This document shows, one piece after another, positions 8,192 through 18,424 of a stretch of 47,503 nucleotides of DNA. The translations under genes were made by a program, and so were the position numbers. The notes below the pieces were generated by a model. The model had not been told where the DNA came from, did no database searches, and was given only the letters and a program-made list of their open reading frames with translations. Origin of the DNA: Candidatus Kapaibacterium sp. (GTDB lineage: Bacteria > Bacteroidota > Ignavibacteria > Kapaibacteriales > UBA2268). The stretch lies in contig JAPLFM010000220.1 of the NCBI GenBank assembly GCA_026390675.1, positions 8,527 to 56,029 on the forward strand. The letters are read 5' to 3'. The first letter of the stretch is position 1. The number at the start of each line of letters is the position of its first letter.

Positions 8192-9643
8192 TTACTCAAA
8201 CCTAGCTAATTCTTCAATATCTGAGAAATGGATTTTTTCTTTGCCAATTACTTGGTAGTCTTCGTGACCTTTACCAGCTAATAAAATTATATCACCTTTG
8301 TCGGACATTTCGTAAGCTTGTGATATAGCTATTTTACGGTCACTTGTTCGGAAATAAACTTTATCTTCGAGTATTCCAAACTCAACATCATCAAGAATTG
8401 TTTCAGGATCTTCTGTTCTTGGGTTATCACTTGTAAGGATTGTAATATCAGCAAGAGTGGATGATATTTCTGCCATTATTGGACGTTTGGTTTTGTCTCT
8501 ATCACCACCACATCCAAATATTGAAATTAATTGCCCACCAGAATTGCTACTATTTAATATTTCTCTTGAAGCAGTAAGCGCTTTTTCCAAAGCATCTGGA
8601 GTGTGGGCGTAGTCAATTATCCCAACAGCTCCATTCATTAAGTTAACTCTATGCATCCTACCCAAAGCACCGTTAGTATTAGCAATAGCTTTTTGAATTT
8701 TATTTAAACTTAGGTTTAATTCAATTGCTGAAGCTATACATAATGCAGCATTTTCAATATTGAAATTACCTAAAAGTTTGCTTTTATACTGTATATTATT
8801 AATTTCAAAACTTGTTTCGTAAAGTCCAAGATTAGCATTTGAAATAATATAATCTGCTTTATTATTCCCAACTTTTACTTTTTTGGCTCTAGTGCTTTCA
8901 AGCATAAAGTCTGCATAGTTATCATTTGAATTAACTATTGCAATTGAATTAGCTTTTAGATTTTTAAATAAAATCTGTTTGGCTTTTGAATATTCTTCCA
9001 TTGTTTTATGGTAGTCTAAGTGATCATGAGTAAGATTGGTAAACATCGCCACATCAAAATGCACTCCTGCAACTCTTTGCATATTCAAGGCATGTGAAGA
9101 TACTTCCATTATTACATAATCAAATTTTGCTTCATTAAACTTTTGAAAAAGCTGAAAAAGTTCTAAAGATTCTGGAGTTGTATGGGTTGCTTCAATTTTC
9201 TCTTCACCAAAGAAAATACCTGTTGTTCCTATTATCCCAACCTTAAAGCCACACTCTTCTAAAATGGATTTCATTATAAAAGTTACTGTGGTTTTACCAT
9301 TTGTGCCAGTTACTCCAATTACTTTCAAATTTTCAGTTGGGAAATCGTAAAAAGCATTCGATACTTTAGCTAGAGCAAGTCGAGTGTTTTTAGTAAGTAT
9401 AAATGTAGTTTTATAATTCAAATAGTCATCAGGTAATAGCTCACAAATTATTGCAACTGCACCTTTTCCAATAGCTTGTTTGATATAAAGATGCCCATCA
9501 GTTGCTTCACCTTTGATAGCAACAAAGAGAGAGCCTTGAGTACATTTGCGAGAATCATATTCAATAGATGTAATATCTTTTCTCAGGCTTCCAATTAAGT
9601 CGGAGAATTGGATGTAATTAAATAAATCAGCTAAATCTTTCAT
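8192..9643 (-). CDS. murE: UDP-N-acetylmuramoyl-L-alanyl-D-glutamate--2,6-diaminopimelate ligase
   Basis: It has the Mur ligase P-loop GVTGTNGKTT and the DNPRTEDP motif typical of MurE. The 483-aa length fits. Confidence 0.9.
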   Translation of the reverse strand: MKDLADLFNYIQFSDLIGSLRKDITSIEYDSRKCTQGSLFVAIKGEATDGHLYIKQAIGKGAVAIICELLPDDYLNYKTTFILTKNTRLALAKVSNAFYDFPTENLKVIGVTGTNGKTTVTFIMKSILEECGFKVGIIGTTGIFFGEEKIEATHTTPESLELFQLFQKFNEAKFDYVIMEVSSHALNMQRVAGVHFDVAMFTNLTHDHLDYHKTMEEYSKAKQILFKNLKANSIAIVNSNDNYADFMLESTRAKKVKVGNNKADYIISNANLGLYETSFEINNIQYKSKLLGNFNIENAALCIASAIELNLSLNKIQKAIANTNGALGRMHRVNLMNGAVGIIDYAHTPDALEKALTASREILNSSNSGGQLISIFGCGGDRDKTKRPIMAEISSTLADITILTSDNPRTEDPETILDDVEFGILEDKVYFRTSDRKIAISQAYEMSDKGDIILLAGKGHEDYQVIGKEKIHFSDIEELARFE

Positions 9644-9700
9644 ATAAAGTTAAAAATATTAAAATGTTGTGCATTATATCCATAATTGAATATAATTGCA

Positions 9701-10948
9701 TTAGCTTAAAACAGCAATCTCAATGGCTTGATTTATATCATCAATTATATCATTGTAATATTCTACACCAATAGAAAGTCTTATCATTTTTTCAGTAATT
9801 GAAAGTAACTTCCTATGTTCTGGGTCAACATCAACGTGAGTCATAGTAGCTGGGTGTTCGGCTAAACTTTCAGTACTACCAAGACTAACAGCAAGTTTGA
9901 TTAGCTTGAGTGAATTTAAAAATGCAAATGCTTCTTTTTCACAACCTTTTATATCAAACGAGATCATCCCACCATTTGTATTACACTGTCTATTTCTGAT
10001 TTCAAATTGTGCACCATCTTTTTCAGTTAAATTACCAAGATAATATACTTTTTCTACGTGCTGATTGGAATTTAAAAAAGCTGCAACTTTTTCAGCATTC
10101 ATAGCTTGAGTATCCATACGAACTTTAAGAGATTCCAAACTACGACGTAAAAGCAAACCAGTCCAAGGTCCAGCCATATTACCCAAAAAAGTACGTAATC
10201 CTTTTACTCTTGTAATTAATTCTTTGCTACCTAAGCAGGCACCAGCAATTACATCACTATGTCCGCCAATATATTTTGTAGCAGAATACAAAACCAAATC
10301 AGCATTGTGCTTTAATGGATGTTGCCATACAGGACCCATATATGTATTATCAACTGCTAAGTAAATTTGTTTACCATCTTTTGCAAAGTAATTTGCAATT
10401 TCTTTACTTCCTCTAATATCAACTAAATCATTAGTTGGATTAGCTGGAGTTTCAATAAATATCAAAGCTAATTTATCTGCTTTACCACTTTGGTTTACTA
10501 TTTCAATTATTTCTTCCTTTGTTTGACCAACTTTGAAAGAAACATAATCAATTCCAAATTTAGGAAGAATCTTTTTAATAAAATGATCGCTACCACCATA
10601 AAGTGGAGTACTTGTAAGTAATAAATCTCCGGGCTTAAGGAACTCTAAAAGTACAGTCGTAATAGCAGACATACCACTTTCAAAAACAGCACATTCTTCA
10701 GCTTCATCCCAGAGTGTAAGTCTATTTTCTAAGATTTCAAGATCCGGATTATTTATTCTGCTGTAAATTAAGCCAAGTTCTTCGCCTTCGTTTTTCTTTC
10801 TATGTCCATATGCAACTTCAAAAAAAGCTTTTCCTTCTTCAGCACTTTTAAATACAAAAGTTGAAGTTTGGAAAATTGGACTTTTTATTGCACCTTCTGA
10901 TAATTCGGGTTTGTACCCAAACGACATCATCAAACTTTCTGGTCTCAT
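9701..10948 (-). CDS. Cys/Met-metabolism PLP-dependent enzyme (methionine gamma-lyase / cystathionine gamma-synthase family)
   Basis: It has the PLP-lysine motif YSATKYIGGHSDVIAG, the block SLGSTESLAEHPATMTH, and the N-terminal SPIFQTSTF...YSRINNP. I cannot resolve the exact activity from sequence alone. Confidence 0.85.
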   Translation of the reverse strand: MRPESLMMSFGYKPELSEGAIKSPIFQTSTFVFKSAEEGKAFFEVAYGHRKKNEGEELGLIYSRINNPDLEILENRLTLWDEAEECAVFESGMSAITTVLLEFLKPGDLLLTSTPLYGGSDHFIKKILPKFGIDYVSFKVGQTKEEIIEIVNQSGKADKLALIFIETPANPTNDLVDIRGSKEIANYFAKDGKQIYLAVDNTYMGPVWQHPLKHNADLVLYSATKYIGGHSDVIAGACLGSKELITRVKGLRTFLGNMAGPWTGLLLRRSLESLKVRMDTQAMNAEKVAAFLNSNQHVEKVYYLGNLTEKDGAQFEIRNRQCNTNGGMISFDIKGCEKEAFAFLNSLKLIKLAVSLGSTESLAEHPATMTHVDVDPEHRKLLSITEKMIRLSIGVEYYNDIIDDINQAIEIAVLS

Positions 10949-10972
10949 GTTTGTTTTATATATTAATTAAAA

Positions 10973-13018
10973 TTATTTTACGACTCTTTCCAAAAGCAAT
11001 TCAGAAATATCAACTACTTTTACGCCTTCAGCTTCATTTGCTTTTACACCATCATTTATCATAGTCATACAGAAAGGACAGTTTAATGCAATTGTTTTAG
11101 CACCTGTAGCAAGTAAGCCTTCGGTCCTTTCAATATTGATGTGTTTACCAACATTTTCTTCCATAAACATACGACCACCACCAGCACCACAACACAACCC
11201 TTTATCTTTTGTTTTTTCAGGTTCAAGAATAGTCAAACCTTTAATACCTTTAAGCATTGAACGAGGCTCATCGTAAACACTATTCAATCTACCCATATAA
11301 CAAGAATCATGATATGTAACGTGCAATTGTTCATGGCTTTCATTGCTCAAAGGTATTTTACCCTCGTTTACTAATCTTTCAAGATATTGAGAATGGTGAA
11401 TTACTTCATAATTCCCACCAAATTGAGGATAGTCATTTTGTAATGTATTAAAGCAATGAGGACAAGTTGTTACAATAGTTTTCACATTATATGCATTCAT
11501 TGTTTCAATATTCATTTTTACATAAGTATCGGCTAGGTATTCATTACCAGTTCTACGTGCTGGATCGCCAGTGCAATTTTCTTCTTTACCTAAAATTGCA
11601 AAATTAATATCAGCAATTTGCATTAATTTAGCAAAAGCCTGAGTGATTTTTTTTGCTCTATCATCAAAACTACCAGCACAGCCTACCCAAAATAGAACGT
11701 CAAACTCTGGATTTTCAGAAGCTTCTTTTACTCCAGTACCTTCTGCCCAATCTGCTCTTGAAGAAGTTGGGAAAGCCCACGGAGACGAATTGTTTTCGAT
11801 GTTGCTAAAAGCACCACCAAGTTCTGCTGGGAACTCAGCATCCATCATCACTAATGAACGCCTCATATCTACAATTGCTGGAACGTGTTCAATATTAACT
11901 GGACATTCTTGCATACAAGCCGAGCAGGTGGTACAAGCCCAAAGTGCTTCTGGATTAATATAATCGCCAATTAACTTCTTATCTAAAATTACTTGTTCTT
12001 CTTCTGTTACAACATTGATTGGCTCTCTATTTTCGCTTGTAGCTTTTTGAGCTTCTTCATTTATTTTGAGCATTATAGGGAATTTGTCTTTAGATCTATT
12101 TCTAATTTGAACTATTATCTCTCTTGGGTCAAGTATCTTACCTGTTAAATTAGCTGGGCAAACACTTGTACATCTTCCGCATTCGGTACAAGTAAAACCA
12201 TCGTGAATTGTTTTCCAAGAAAAATCTTCAACGTCAACAACACCAAATTTTTCTACTCCTTCTGCTTCAAAATCAATTTTTTTGAGCATATTATTAGGAG
12301 TTAATTTCGAGAAAAATACATTTGGAACAGATAAAATTACGTGGAAATGTTTTGAATAAGGTAAATAATTCATAAATGACATAATTAGTATTACATGTAG
12401 CCAAAAAGCTATATTGTAAATTATATTAGCACTATCTGGATTCATAATAGTTGATAAAGCCATTGCTATTGGTCTAAATGCTGAGCTAGCATCAAGTTTT
12501 AAAGTAATTGATGCCGCATTTTCAAACATTAATGCAGTAACAATGAAGAAAATTGTCATTAATATAACACCAGCTTCAATTGCTTCGTGCTTGTCACGTT
12601 GCAATCTTTTTACTTTCATCACATATCTTCGATAAAGTGAAGCTATAACGCCAACAATTATGAGTGTAATAAATATATCTGTGAAAAAAGTAATAAATGA
12701 ATTGATAGGGCCTAAGAAGTTAAAAAAGTTGTGAAAACCAAATCCGGTCATAACAGAATTTAAAGCTGCAAAAAGAAGGATCATAAATCCCCAAAATATC
12801 ATTGCGTGTATAGGTCCAGCAGCTTTATCTCTTAAGATTTTCTTTTGGAAGATTGCTACACTTAATGTATGCAATAATCTTAGTGAAATGTTGTCAAATC
12901 TGTTATCAGGTTGGGCTAATTTAAGGTAGGATATAAATCTCAACATACTTTTAGTAAAGATTCCCACTGCAGTGAGAAACACGATAATGAATACTACGTT
13001 CTTTAAACCAAATTCCAT
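10973..13018 (-). CDS. Membrane-anchored Fe-S oxidoreductase: a multi-TM His-containing domain fused to two 4Fe-4S motifs and an HdrD/DsrK/GlpC-like CCG domain
   Basis: The N-terminal ~230 aa contains several hydrophobic helices with conserved His residues. These are followed by CTECGRCTSVCP, CTTCSACMQECP and C-terminal cysteine-rich CCG-type motifs (CCGAGGG, NCPFC). Confidence 0.8.
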   Translation of the reverse strand: MEFGLKNVVFIIVFLTAVGIFTKSMLRFISYLKLAQPDNRFDNISLRLLHTLSVAIFQKKILRDKAAGPIHAMIFWGFMILLFAALNSVMTGFGFHNFFNFLGPINSFITFFTDIFITLIIVGVIASLYRRYVMKVKRLQRDKHEAIEAGVILMTIFFIVTALMFENAASITLKLDASSAFRPIAMALSTIMNPDSANIIYNIAFWLHVILIMSFMNYLPYSKHFHVILSVPNVFFSKLTPNNMLKKIDFEAEGVEKFGVVDVEDFSWKTIHDGFTCTECGRCTSVCPANLTGKILDPREIIVQIRNRSKDKFPIMLKINEEAQKATSENREPINVVTEEEQVILDKKLIGDYINPEALWACTTCSACMQECPVNIEHVPAIVDMRRSLVMMDAEFPAELGGAFSNIENNSSPWAFPTSSRADWAEGTGVKEASENPEFDVLFWVGCAGSFDDRAKKITQAFAKLMQIADINFAILGKEENCTGDPARRTGNEYLADTYVKMNIETMNAYNVKTIVTTCPHCFNTLQNDYPQFGGNYEVIHHSQYLERLVNEGKIPLSNESHEQLHVTYHDSCYMGRLNSVYDEPRSMLKGIKGLTILEPEKTKDKGLCCGAGGGRMFMEENVGKHINIERTEGLLATGAKTIALNCPFCMTMINDGVKANEAEGVKVVDISELLLERVVK

Positions 13019-13506
13019 AAATCATTTCCTTAATATACTTTTCAAATTTTTAAGAATTTAAATACTTAATTTATTATTCAATTTCAATTCTACAAAAATA
13101 ACTAAAATATTAATTAGTAAAAATACAAATTATTCCTTTGTAGCTTGAACTTAAAAGATTCTTGAAAAAGTTTACTATATAATTTAAAAAAGAAAGTATT
13201 TTAAAACCATTAATATTATATTAAAGGACTACACCGCTGCACTTTAGCAAATGCTTTGACAAAAAATTAGAAACAAAACTTTTTTAATGTCAAATTTATT
13301 ATATCGAATATTAAGAACTTTTTATTGTAATTGGTTTTATTTTATCACTTGGTGTGCCCCAAAGCTTTTATATTAAATGAGTTAGATACATAATAAATTG
13401 TCGAAATAAAATGGTATTCATAGTTATACGTTTAACTAATCAAGAAATATTTTGGAATTAAGTTTCTTTTTCAAGTACTTTGTTTTTACAAAAAAGTTAG
13501 ATAAAC

Positions 13507-14079
13507 ATGATTACATCAATCGCAGATATGCCTACTTTGATACTTATTGATTTTCAGAAGGGTTTTGATAATATACTTTATTGGGGAGAAGAAAGAAACA
13601 ATCCTAATGCTGAAGAAAATGCTAGTGAACTTTTAAAACTCTGGAGAGTTATGAAACTTCCAATCTTTCATGTTAAGCATTGTTCGACTAATCCAATTTC
13701 TTTGTTAAATGTAAACAATATTGGAAATGAATTTAAAGATTTACTTTCTCCAATTGATAACGAAATAATTATAAAAAAAAGCGTGAATAGTGCATTTATC
13801 GGAACTAATTTAAAGGACCAATTGGACAAAGCTAATATTACAAAGATTATAATAGTTGGTTTGACTACTGATCATTGTGTATCAACTACTACCAGAATGG
13901 CAGGGAATTTTGGATTTGAAACTTTAGTAGTTTCTGATGCAACTGCAACATTTAACAAAAAAGGTTTAGATGGACAGAATTATTCGGCTGAACTAATTCA
14001 CCAAACAGCTCTTGCAAGTTTGAATGAAGAATTTGCTAGAGTTGTTAATACCAAATTTTTACAAACAATAATAAGATAA
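13507..14079 (+). CDS. Isochorismatase-family cysteine hydrolase
   Basis: It has LILIDFQKGF (Asp), a mid-protein Lys, and IIIVGLTTDHCVSTTTRMA (the catalytic Cys block). Confidence 0.8.
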   Translation: MITSIADMPTLILIDFQKGFDNILYWGEERNNPNAEENASELLKLWRVMKLPIFHVKHCSTNPISLLNVNNIGNEFKDLLSPIDNEIIIKKSVNSAFIGTNLKDQLDKANITKIIIVGLTTDHCVSTTTRMAGNFGFETLVVSDATATFNKKGLDGQNYSAELIHQTALASLNEEFARVVNTKFLQTIIR

Positions 14080-14081
14080 AT

Positions 14082-14849
14082 ATGTTCAATTTCCCAAAAG
14101 CAAAGCTAGGAGATGTAACTGCAATAACAATTACATCTGCAGATTTAGAAAAATCATTAAATTTTTATAAGCAGCTTGGCTTTTTAGAATTATATAGAGC
14201 TGATTTCCCTTTTCCTTGGATACAAATTTCAGATGGAGCATTGTTAATAATGTTAAGGCAAGACGAAAACCCATACATTGCATTGACATATTATGTAAAA
14301 GAATTGGAAAATGTGGTTAGTGAATTGAAGCAAGTTGGAATTGAAGCCAAACACCTGCCAACACCAAATCCAATGATTCAGCGGTACTTAATCTTAACTG
14401 ATGAAGGACATAATATAACATTAGTAACTTTTGTTGAGGGTTTTTCCCAACCATTAGGTCCTACAATGTTGAATATGCAAGCTCAAGACTATTCCAATCC
14501 TGATAAATATGTAAATAAATCATGTGGGATGTTTGGCGAGTTTGCATTCCCAATTGACAATCTTGAAAATTCAATTGCATTTTGGGAAAAACTAGGTTTC
14601 AGGTCTTTATCTAAAAGAGTATCTCCATATCCTTGGGCTATACTATCAGATGGATTATCAATTGTAGGCTTGCATCAAACAAAAAGTTTTGTTAATCCAA
14701 CTATTACATTTTTTGCATCTGATATGAAAGCTAAAATTGAAAAACTAAAAAATGATGGTTTGTTTGGGGATTCGGAAAATCGTGATACCAACAATGTAAT
14801 AACTACTCCAGAACATCAAAACATTAATCTTTTTAAATTAGGAATGTAA
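14082..14849 (+). CDS. Two-domain VOC/glyoxalase-fold protein
   Basis: It contains two repeated modules (FYKQLGF... and FWEKLGF...) typical of glyoxalase/bleomycin-resistance folds. The start lies 2 nt after the previous stop, so the two genes are probably co-transcribed. Confidence 0.6.
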   Translation: MFNFPKAKLGDVTAITITSADLEKSLNFYKQLGFLELYRADFPFPWIQISDGALLIMLRQDENPYIALTYYVKELENVVSELKQVGIEAKHLPTPNPMIQRYLILTDEGHNITLVTFVEGFSQPLGPTMLNMQAQDYSNPDKYVNKSCGMFGEFAFPIDNLENSIAFWEKLGFRSLSKRVSPYPWAILSDGLSIVGLHQTKSFVNPTITFFASDMKAKIEKLKNDGLFGDSENRDTNNVITTPEHQNINLFKLGM

Positions 14850-14934
14850 TTTGGCAAAGTATTTTGCTTTTAATAAATTCTTAAGTTAATATATAAATAA
14901 TTTTCAAATGTAAAGATTTGTAAAGATTTTTTTG

Positions 14935-14942
14935 TATTTTTG
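14935..14942 (+). promoter_or_regulatory. Candidate -7 box (TATTTTTG) for the outer-membrane protein / lipoprotein pair
   Basis: It matches TAnnTTTG and lies 45 nt upstream of the ATG at 14987. Confidence 0.25.
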
Positions 14943-14986
14943 TTTTCAATTAAAAATAAATTTAAAATCAAAATAGTTTAATTAAA

Positions 14987-16663
14987 ATGAATGTTAGAAA
15001 GTTTAGTATATTATTTTTCTTAATAATAGCAATAGCAAGCATTTCCAATGCCGAAGAAGCCAAAGTAAGAGGTAATTTCCAATTTGAATCTCAATACTAT
15101 AAGCAAGATTCTATAATTGGTGCTGCCAAAGTGCCAGAAGGGATGCTTTCACAAGGTTTTTTGAATATGATTTATACTCAAGGTGGTCTTGAAATTGGTG
15201 CTCGTTATGAAGCTTTTCTTAATCCACTATTAGGCTATCCACAAGAATTTAAAAATAGTGGTATGTTATACAGATACATTACTTATAGATCTCAAGATAT
15301 AGACATAACTGGTGGAAGCTTTTATGAGCAATTTGGAAGTGGAATGATTTTTAGGGCTTATGAAGAAAGAGCTTTGGGTATTGACAATATGATAGATGGA
15401 ATGAGAGCAAAGTTTAGACCAACACAAGGCATTGAAATGACTGCACTTTTTGGTAAACAAAGGCAATATTGGGGTCAAAGCGAAGGTGTAATTAGAGCTG
15501 GGGATATAAATATTAATGTAAATGACATTTATAAATCTTTATTACCTGATGATATTAATTTAACTATTGGTGGAAGTGCAGTAAGTAGATTCCAACAGGA
15601 TTTGCAATCAACATATAATCTACCATTAAATGTTTTTGGTTATTCTACTAGAGCTGCATTAACTGGAAGCAATTTTAGTCTTGATATGGAATATGCTTTT
15701 AAAGAAAATGATCCAAATGCAACTAATAACTTTACATTTAATCCCGGAACTGGATTATTATTAAATGCTTCTTATTTTGAGAGCGGACTTAGTGCAAGTT
15801 TGAATTTTCACAGAGTAGATAATATGGACTTTCGTTCTTCAAGAGATGTGTTAGGCAACAAAGATAATTTGAATTATATCCCAGCAATAACTAGACAACA
15901 TACTTATAGAGTTTTGACAAATTATGTATTTGCAACACAATTGAATGGAGAAATTGGTTTACAAGGAGAAATCAGTTACAAGCTACCAAAAGGTAGTACT
16001 TTAGGTGGAGATTATGGAACTAACTTAAATATTAATTTTTCTAGAGTAAATGCTTTAGATACTACCCATACACCTATTCCTAAAAATTCTACTTTAGACG
16101 AAGGATTTAAGTACAATTCACCTTTTTTGGGTATAGGGAAAAGAACTTATTTCCAAGATTTAAATATTGAAATTTCAAGGAAGCTTTCTGATAGTTATAA
16201 GAATACATTGACATTGGTTAATTTAGTATATGATAAGGATATTTTAGAAAATGGTGGAGCAAATAAAACAGGAAAAGTATTTGCAACTGGCTTGGTTTAT
16301 GAAGGTTTGATTAAAATGAGTGACTTAACTGCTCTTAGGTTTGAGCTTCAACATCTTTGGTCTAAACAACAAAAAGAAGCTACAGATCCTGATGTAGCTA
16401 ATGGTAATTGGATGTTTGGTCTGGCAGAGTTTTCATTTGCGCCACATTGGTTTTTAAGTGTTTATGACGAATATAATTATGGGAACAAATTTGTTGAAAA
16501 GCAAATTCATTATACTAATATCTCATCAGCATATTTAATTAATAGTACTAGAATTTCATTTAATTATGGTAAGCAAAGATCTGGTTTGATTTGTGTTGGT
16601 GGGGTATGCCGTCCTGTACCAGCATCTAATGGTTTGTATTTTGTAATTTCAAGTTCGTTTTAA
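14987..16663 (+). CDS. Outer-membrane beta-barrel protein of unknown function (DUF6029-like, from memory)
   Basis: It has a signal peptide (FSILFFLIIAIASISNA), an alternating Y/G/N-rich sequence and a C-terminal aromatic residue (...VISSSF). Confidence 0.55.
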   Translation: MNVRKFSILFFLIIAIASISNAEEAKVRGNFQFESQYYKQDSIIGAAKVPEGMLSQGFLNMIYTQGGLEIGARYEAFLNPLLGYPQEFKNSGMLYRYITYRSQDIDITGGSFYEQFGSGMIFRAYEERALGIDNMIDGMRAKFRPTQGIEMTALFGKQRQYWGQSEGVIRAGDININVNDIYKSLLPDDINLTIGGSAVSRFQQDLQSTYNLPLNVFGYSTRAALTGSNFSLDMEYAFKENDPNATNNFTFNPGTGLLLNASYFESGLSASLNFHRVDNMDFRSSRDVLGNKDNLNYIPAITRQHTYRVLTNYVFATQLNGEIGLQGEISYKLPKGSTLGGDYGTNLNINFSRVNALDTTHTPIPKNSTLDEGFKYNSPFLGIGKRTYFQDLNIEISRKLSDSYKNTLTLVNLVYDKDILENGGANKTGKVFATGLVYEGLIKMSDLTALRFELQHLWSKQQKEATDPDVANGNWMFGLAEFSFAPHWFLSVYDEYNYGNKFVEKQIHYTNISSAYLINSTRISFNYGKQRSGLICVGGVCRPVPASNGLYFVISSSF

Positions 16664-16676
16664 AGGGAAATAATAA

Positions 16677-17534
16677 ATGAAACAAATATTAATATTGATT
16701 CTTAGTTTAGTAACATTGTTTACTATTTCAAGTTGTGATAGAATTGACCCATATAATTCAAAAAAAGAGAAAACCATAGATACAAATTCTACAAATACTT
16801 TAAAGAAGAAAGTCTTATTAGTTGAATTTACAGGTTATAGATGTGGTCAATGTCCTCCAGCAGCAGAACTGGCTCATAAATATAAAGAAGAAAATAATGG
16901 AAAAGTTATATTGATGTCAGTTCATTCAGGTGGATTTGCCAAACCTTTAACAGCACATTTTGTAGATTTTCAAAATGCAGATGCTGATTTGCTTTATAAT
17001 ATTTGTTCAGCAACAAATAATCCAGCAGCAGCAGTAAATTTTAAAAAGTTTGCGGGTGGAAGTACTATAGTAACAGATTTTACTAAATCAAATTTGGATC
17101 CCAAAATATCAGATATTTTAAAAGAAGATGCGAATATATCTATTAATATGAAATTGACAAAAAACAATAACATAATTAATCTTGAAGTAAAATCAAAATA
17201 TTTAGTTGCTTCGAGTAATTCTAATGAAAACTTAGTCGTTTATGTTGTAGAGGATAGTATAGTAAGCTGGCAGTTGGACTATAGGATAAGTACAAACAAT
17301 TCTTGGTTAGATGAGTATGAACATAATAGTGTTTTGAGATCATCGTTAAATGGAGTTGTCGGTGAAAGTTTGGCAAGTGGTATAATAGCAAAAGATACTG
17401 AATTTATTAAAAACTACATATATAGTGCTGATGTTAGCAAAGTCAATTTAAACAAAATCAGATTTATAGCATGTGTACTCGACAAAACGACTTATGAAAT
17501 TAAGCAAGTTGAAGAAATCAAGGTTTTGAAGTAA
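16677..17534 (+). CDS. Lipoprotein with a thioredoxin-like CxxC motif (Omp28-related family)
   Basis: It has a lipobox (LFTISSC) and the block LVEFTGYRCGQCPPAA. The gene starts 13 nt downstream of the barrel gene. Confidence 0.55.
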   Translation: MKQILILILSLVTLFTISSCDRIDPYNSKKEKTIDTNSTNTLKKKVLLVEFTGYRCGQCPPAAELAHKYKEENNGKVILMSVHSGGFAKPLTAHFVDFQNADADLLYNICSATNNPAAAVNFKKFAGGSTIVTDFTKSNLDPKISDILKEDANISINMKLTKNNNIINLEVKSKYLVASSNSNENLVVYVVEDSIVSWQLDYRISTNNSWLDEYEHNSVLRSSLNGVVGESLASGIIAKDTEFIKNYIYSADVSKVNLNKIRFIACVLDKTTYEIKQVEEIKVLK

Positions 17535-17538
17535 ATTT

Positions 17539-18237
17539 ATGTACTATATAAAATCACTAATTATTATTATTGGAACAATAATTTATGTTTCAATTGCACT
17601 TACTGCTTCAATGCTATTTGGAAATCAAACATTTGCTAGATTTGCAAGAAGCTGGAGCAAATTTTTAGTTTTAATAATTGGAATAAAAATTACAATCGAA
17701 GGACTTGAAAATCTAGATCCTAAAAGTAACTATGTTTTTATTTCCAATCATACAAGTATGACAGATATTCCTATCTTGTTATCAACTCTTAAATATGATG
17801 CTAGAATAATTTACAAAAAAGAATTAGAGAAGTTCCCAATTTTTGGTTTTGGGCTTAAAAAGTCATCATTTATTGGAATAGTGAGAGAAGAGCCAAGAAA
17901 AGCAATAGAGAGCATCAATAATGCTGTAAAGGCTATAAAGGCAGGCGCTTCAGTTATAGTTTTCCCTGAAGGCACTCGCTCTCAAGATGGTTCATTGGGG
18001 GAATTTAAGAAAGGTGCTTTTATGCTTGCATTTAGGTCTGGAAAAGATATAGTGCCAGTAACAATTCACAATGCATATAATATATTACCAAAAGGTAGTT
18101 CTAAATTCAAATCTGGTCCAGCCAAAATCCAAATAGGTAAACCAATCAAAGTGCCACCCAAAGCGAGTAAAAAAGAAGAAGAAGAATTGATAGCAGAATG
18201 CCAAAGAGTAGTATCTGAAAATTTAAATAACAAATAA
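17539..18237 (+). CDS. plsC: 1-acyl-sn-glycerol-3-phosphate acyltransferase
   Basis: It has the HX4D motif (NHTSMTD), the FPEGTRS motif and an N-terminal TM helix. Confidence 0.85.
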   Translation: MYYIKSLIIIIGTIIYVSIALTASMLFGNQTFARFARSWSKFLVLIIGIKITIEGLENLDPKSNYVFISNHTSMTDIPILLSTLKYDARIIYKKELEKFPIFGFGLKKSSFIGIVREEPRKAIESINNAVKAIKAGASVIVFPEGTRSQDGSLGEFKKGAFMLAFRSGKDIVPVTIHNAYNILPKGSSKFKSGPAKIQIGKPIKVPPKASKKEEEELIAECQRVVSENLNNK

Positions 18238-18302
18238 ATCAAAATATTGTTTTGATAATTCAAATTATCTTCTTAATTTTGTAATCTACTAAAATGCAGA
18301 AT

Positions 18303-18375
18303 GGTTAGATAGCTCAGTTGGTAGAGCAAAGGACTGAAAATCCTTGTGTCGGGGGTTCAAATCCCTCTCTGACCA
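18303..18375 (+). tRNA. tRNA-Phe (anticodon GAA)
   Basis: The 73-nt sequence folds as a cloverleaf. The acceptor stem is GGTTAGA/TCTGACC, the D arm is GCTCAGTTGGTAGAGC, and the anticodon arm is AAGGA-CTGAAAA-TCCTT. The T loop is GGTTCAAATCC. CCA is not encoded. Confidence 0.95.
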
Positions 18376-18383
18376 CAATTACT

Positions 18384-18424
18384 AATGCTTAATTTCTTGA
18401 TATATAAGAAGTTAAGCATTTTTA
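18384..18424 (+). terminator. Rho-independent terminator after tRNA-Phe
   Basis: A 15-bp stem pairs aatgcttaatttctt with aagaagttaagcatt (one G-U pair) around a 7-nt loop, followed by TTTT. Confidence 0.6.

Noticed and set aside
13019-13506. A 488-nt gene-free spacer with a TTTGACA-N25-TGTCAAA inverted repeat (13254-13292) and a 29-codon ORF (13288-13377, MSNLLYRILRTFYCNWFYFITWCAPKLLY). I considered a riboswitch, a small RNA or a small peptide.
   Set aside because: I recognise no riboswitch core here. The inverted-repeat arms are short and AT-rich, and the ORF has no supporting signals. I cannot support a feature call without expression or conservation data.
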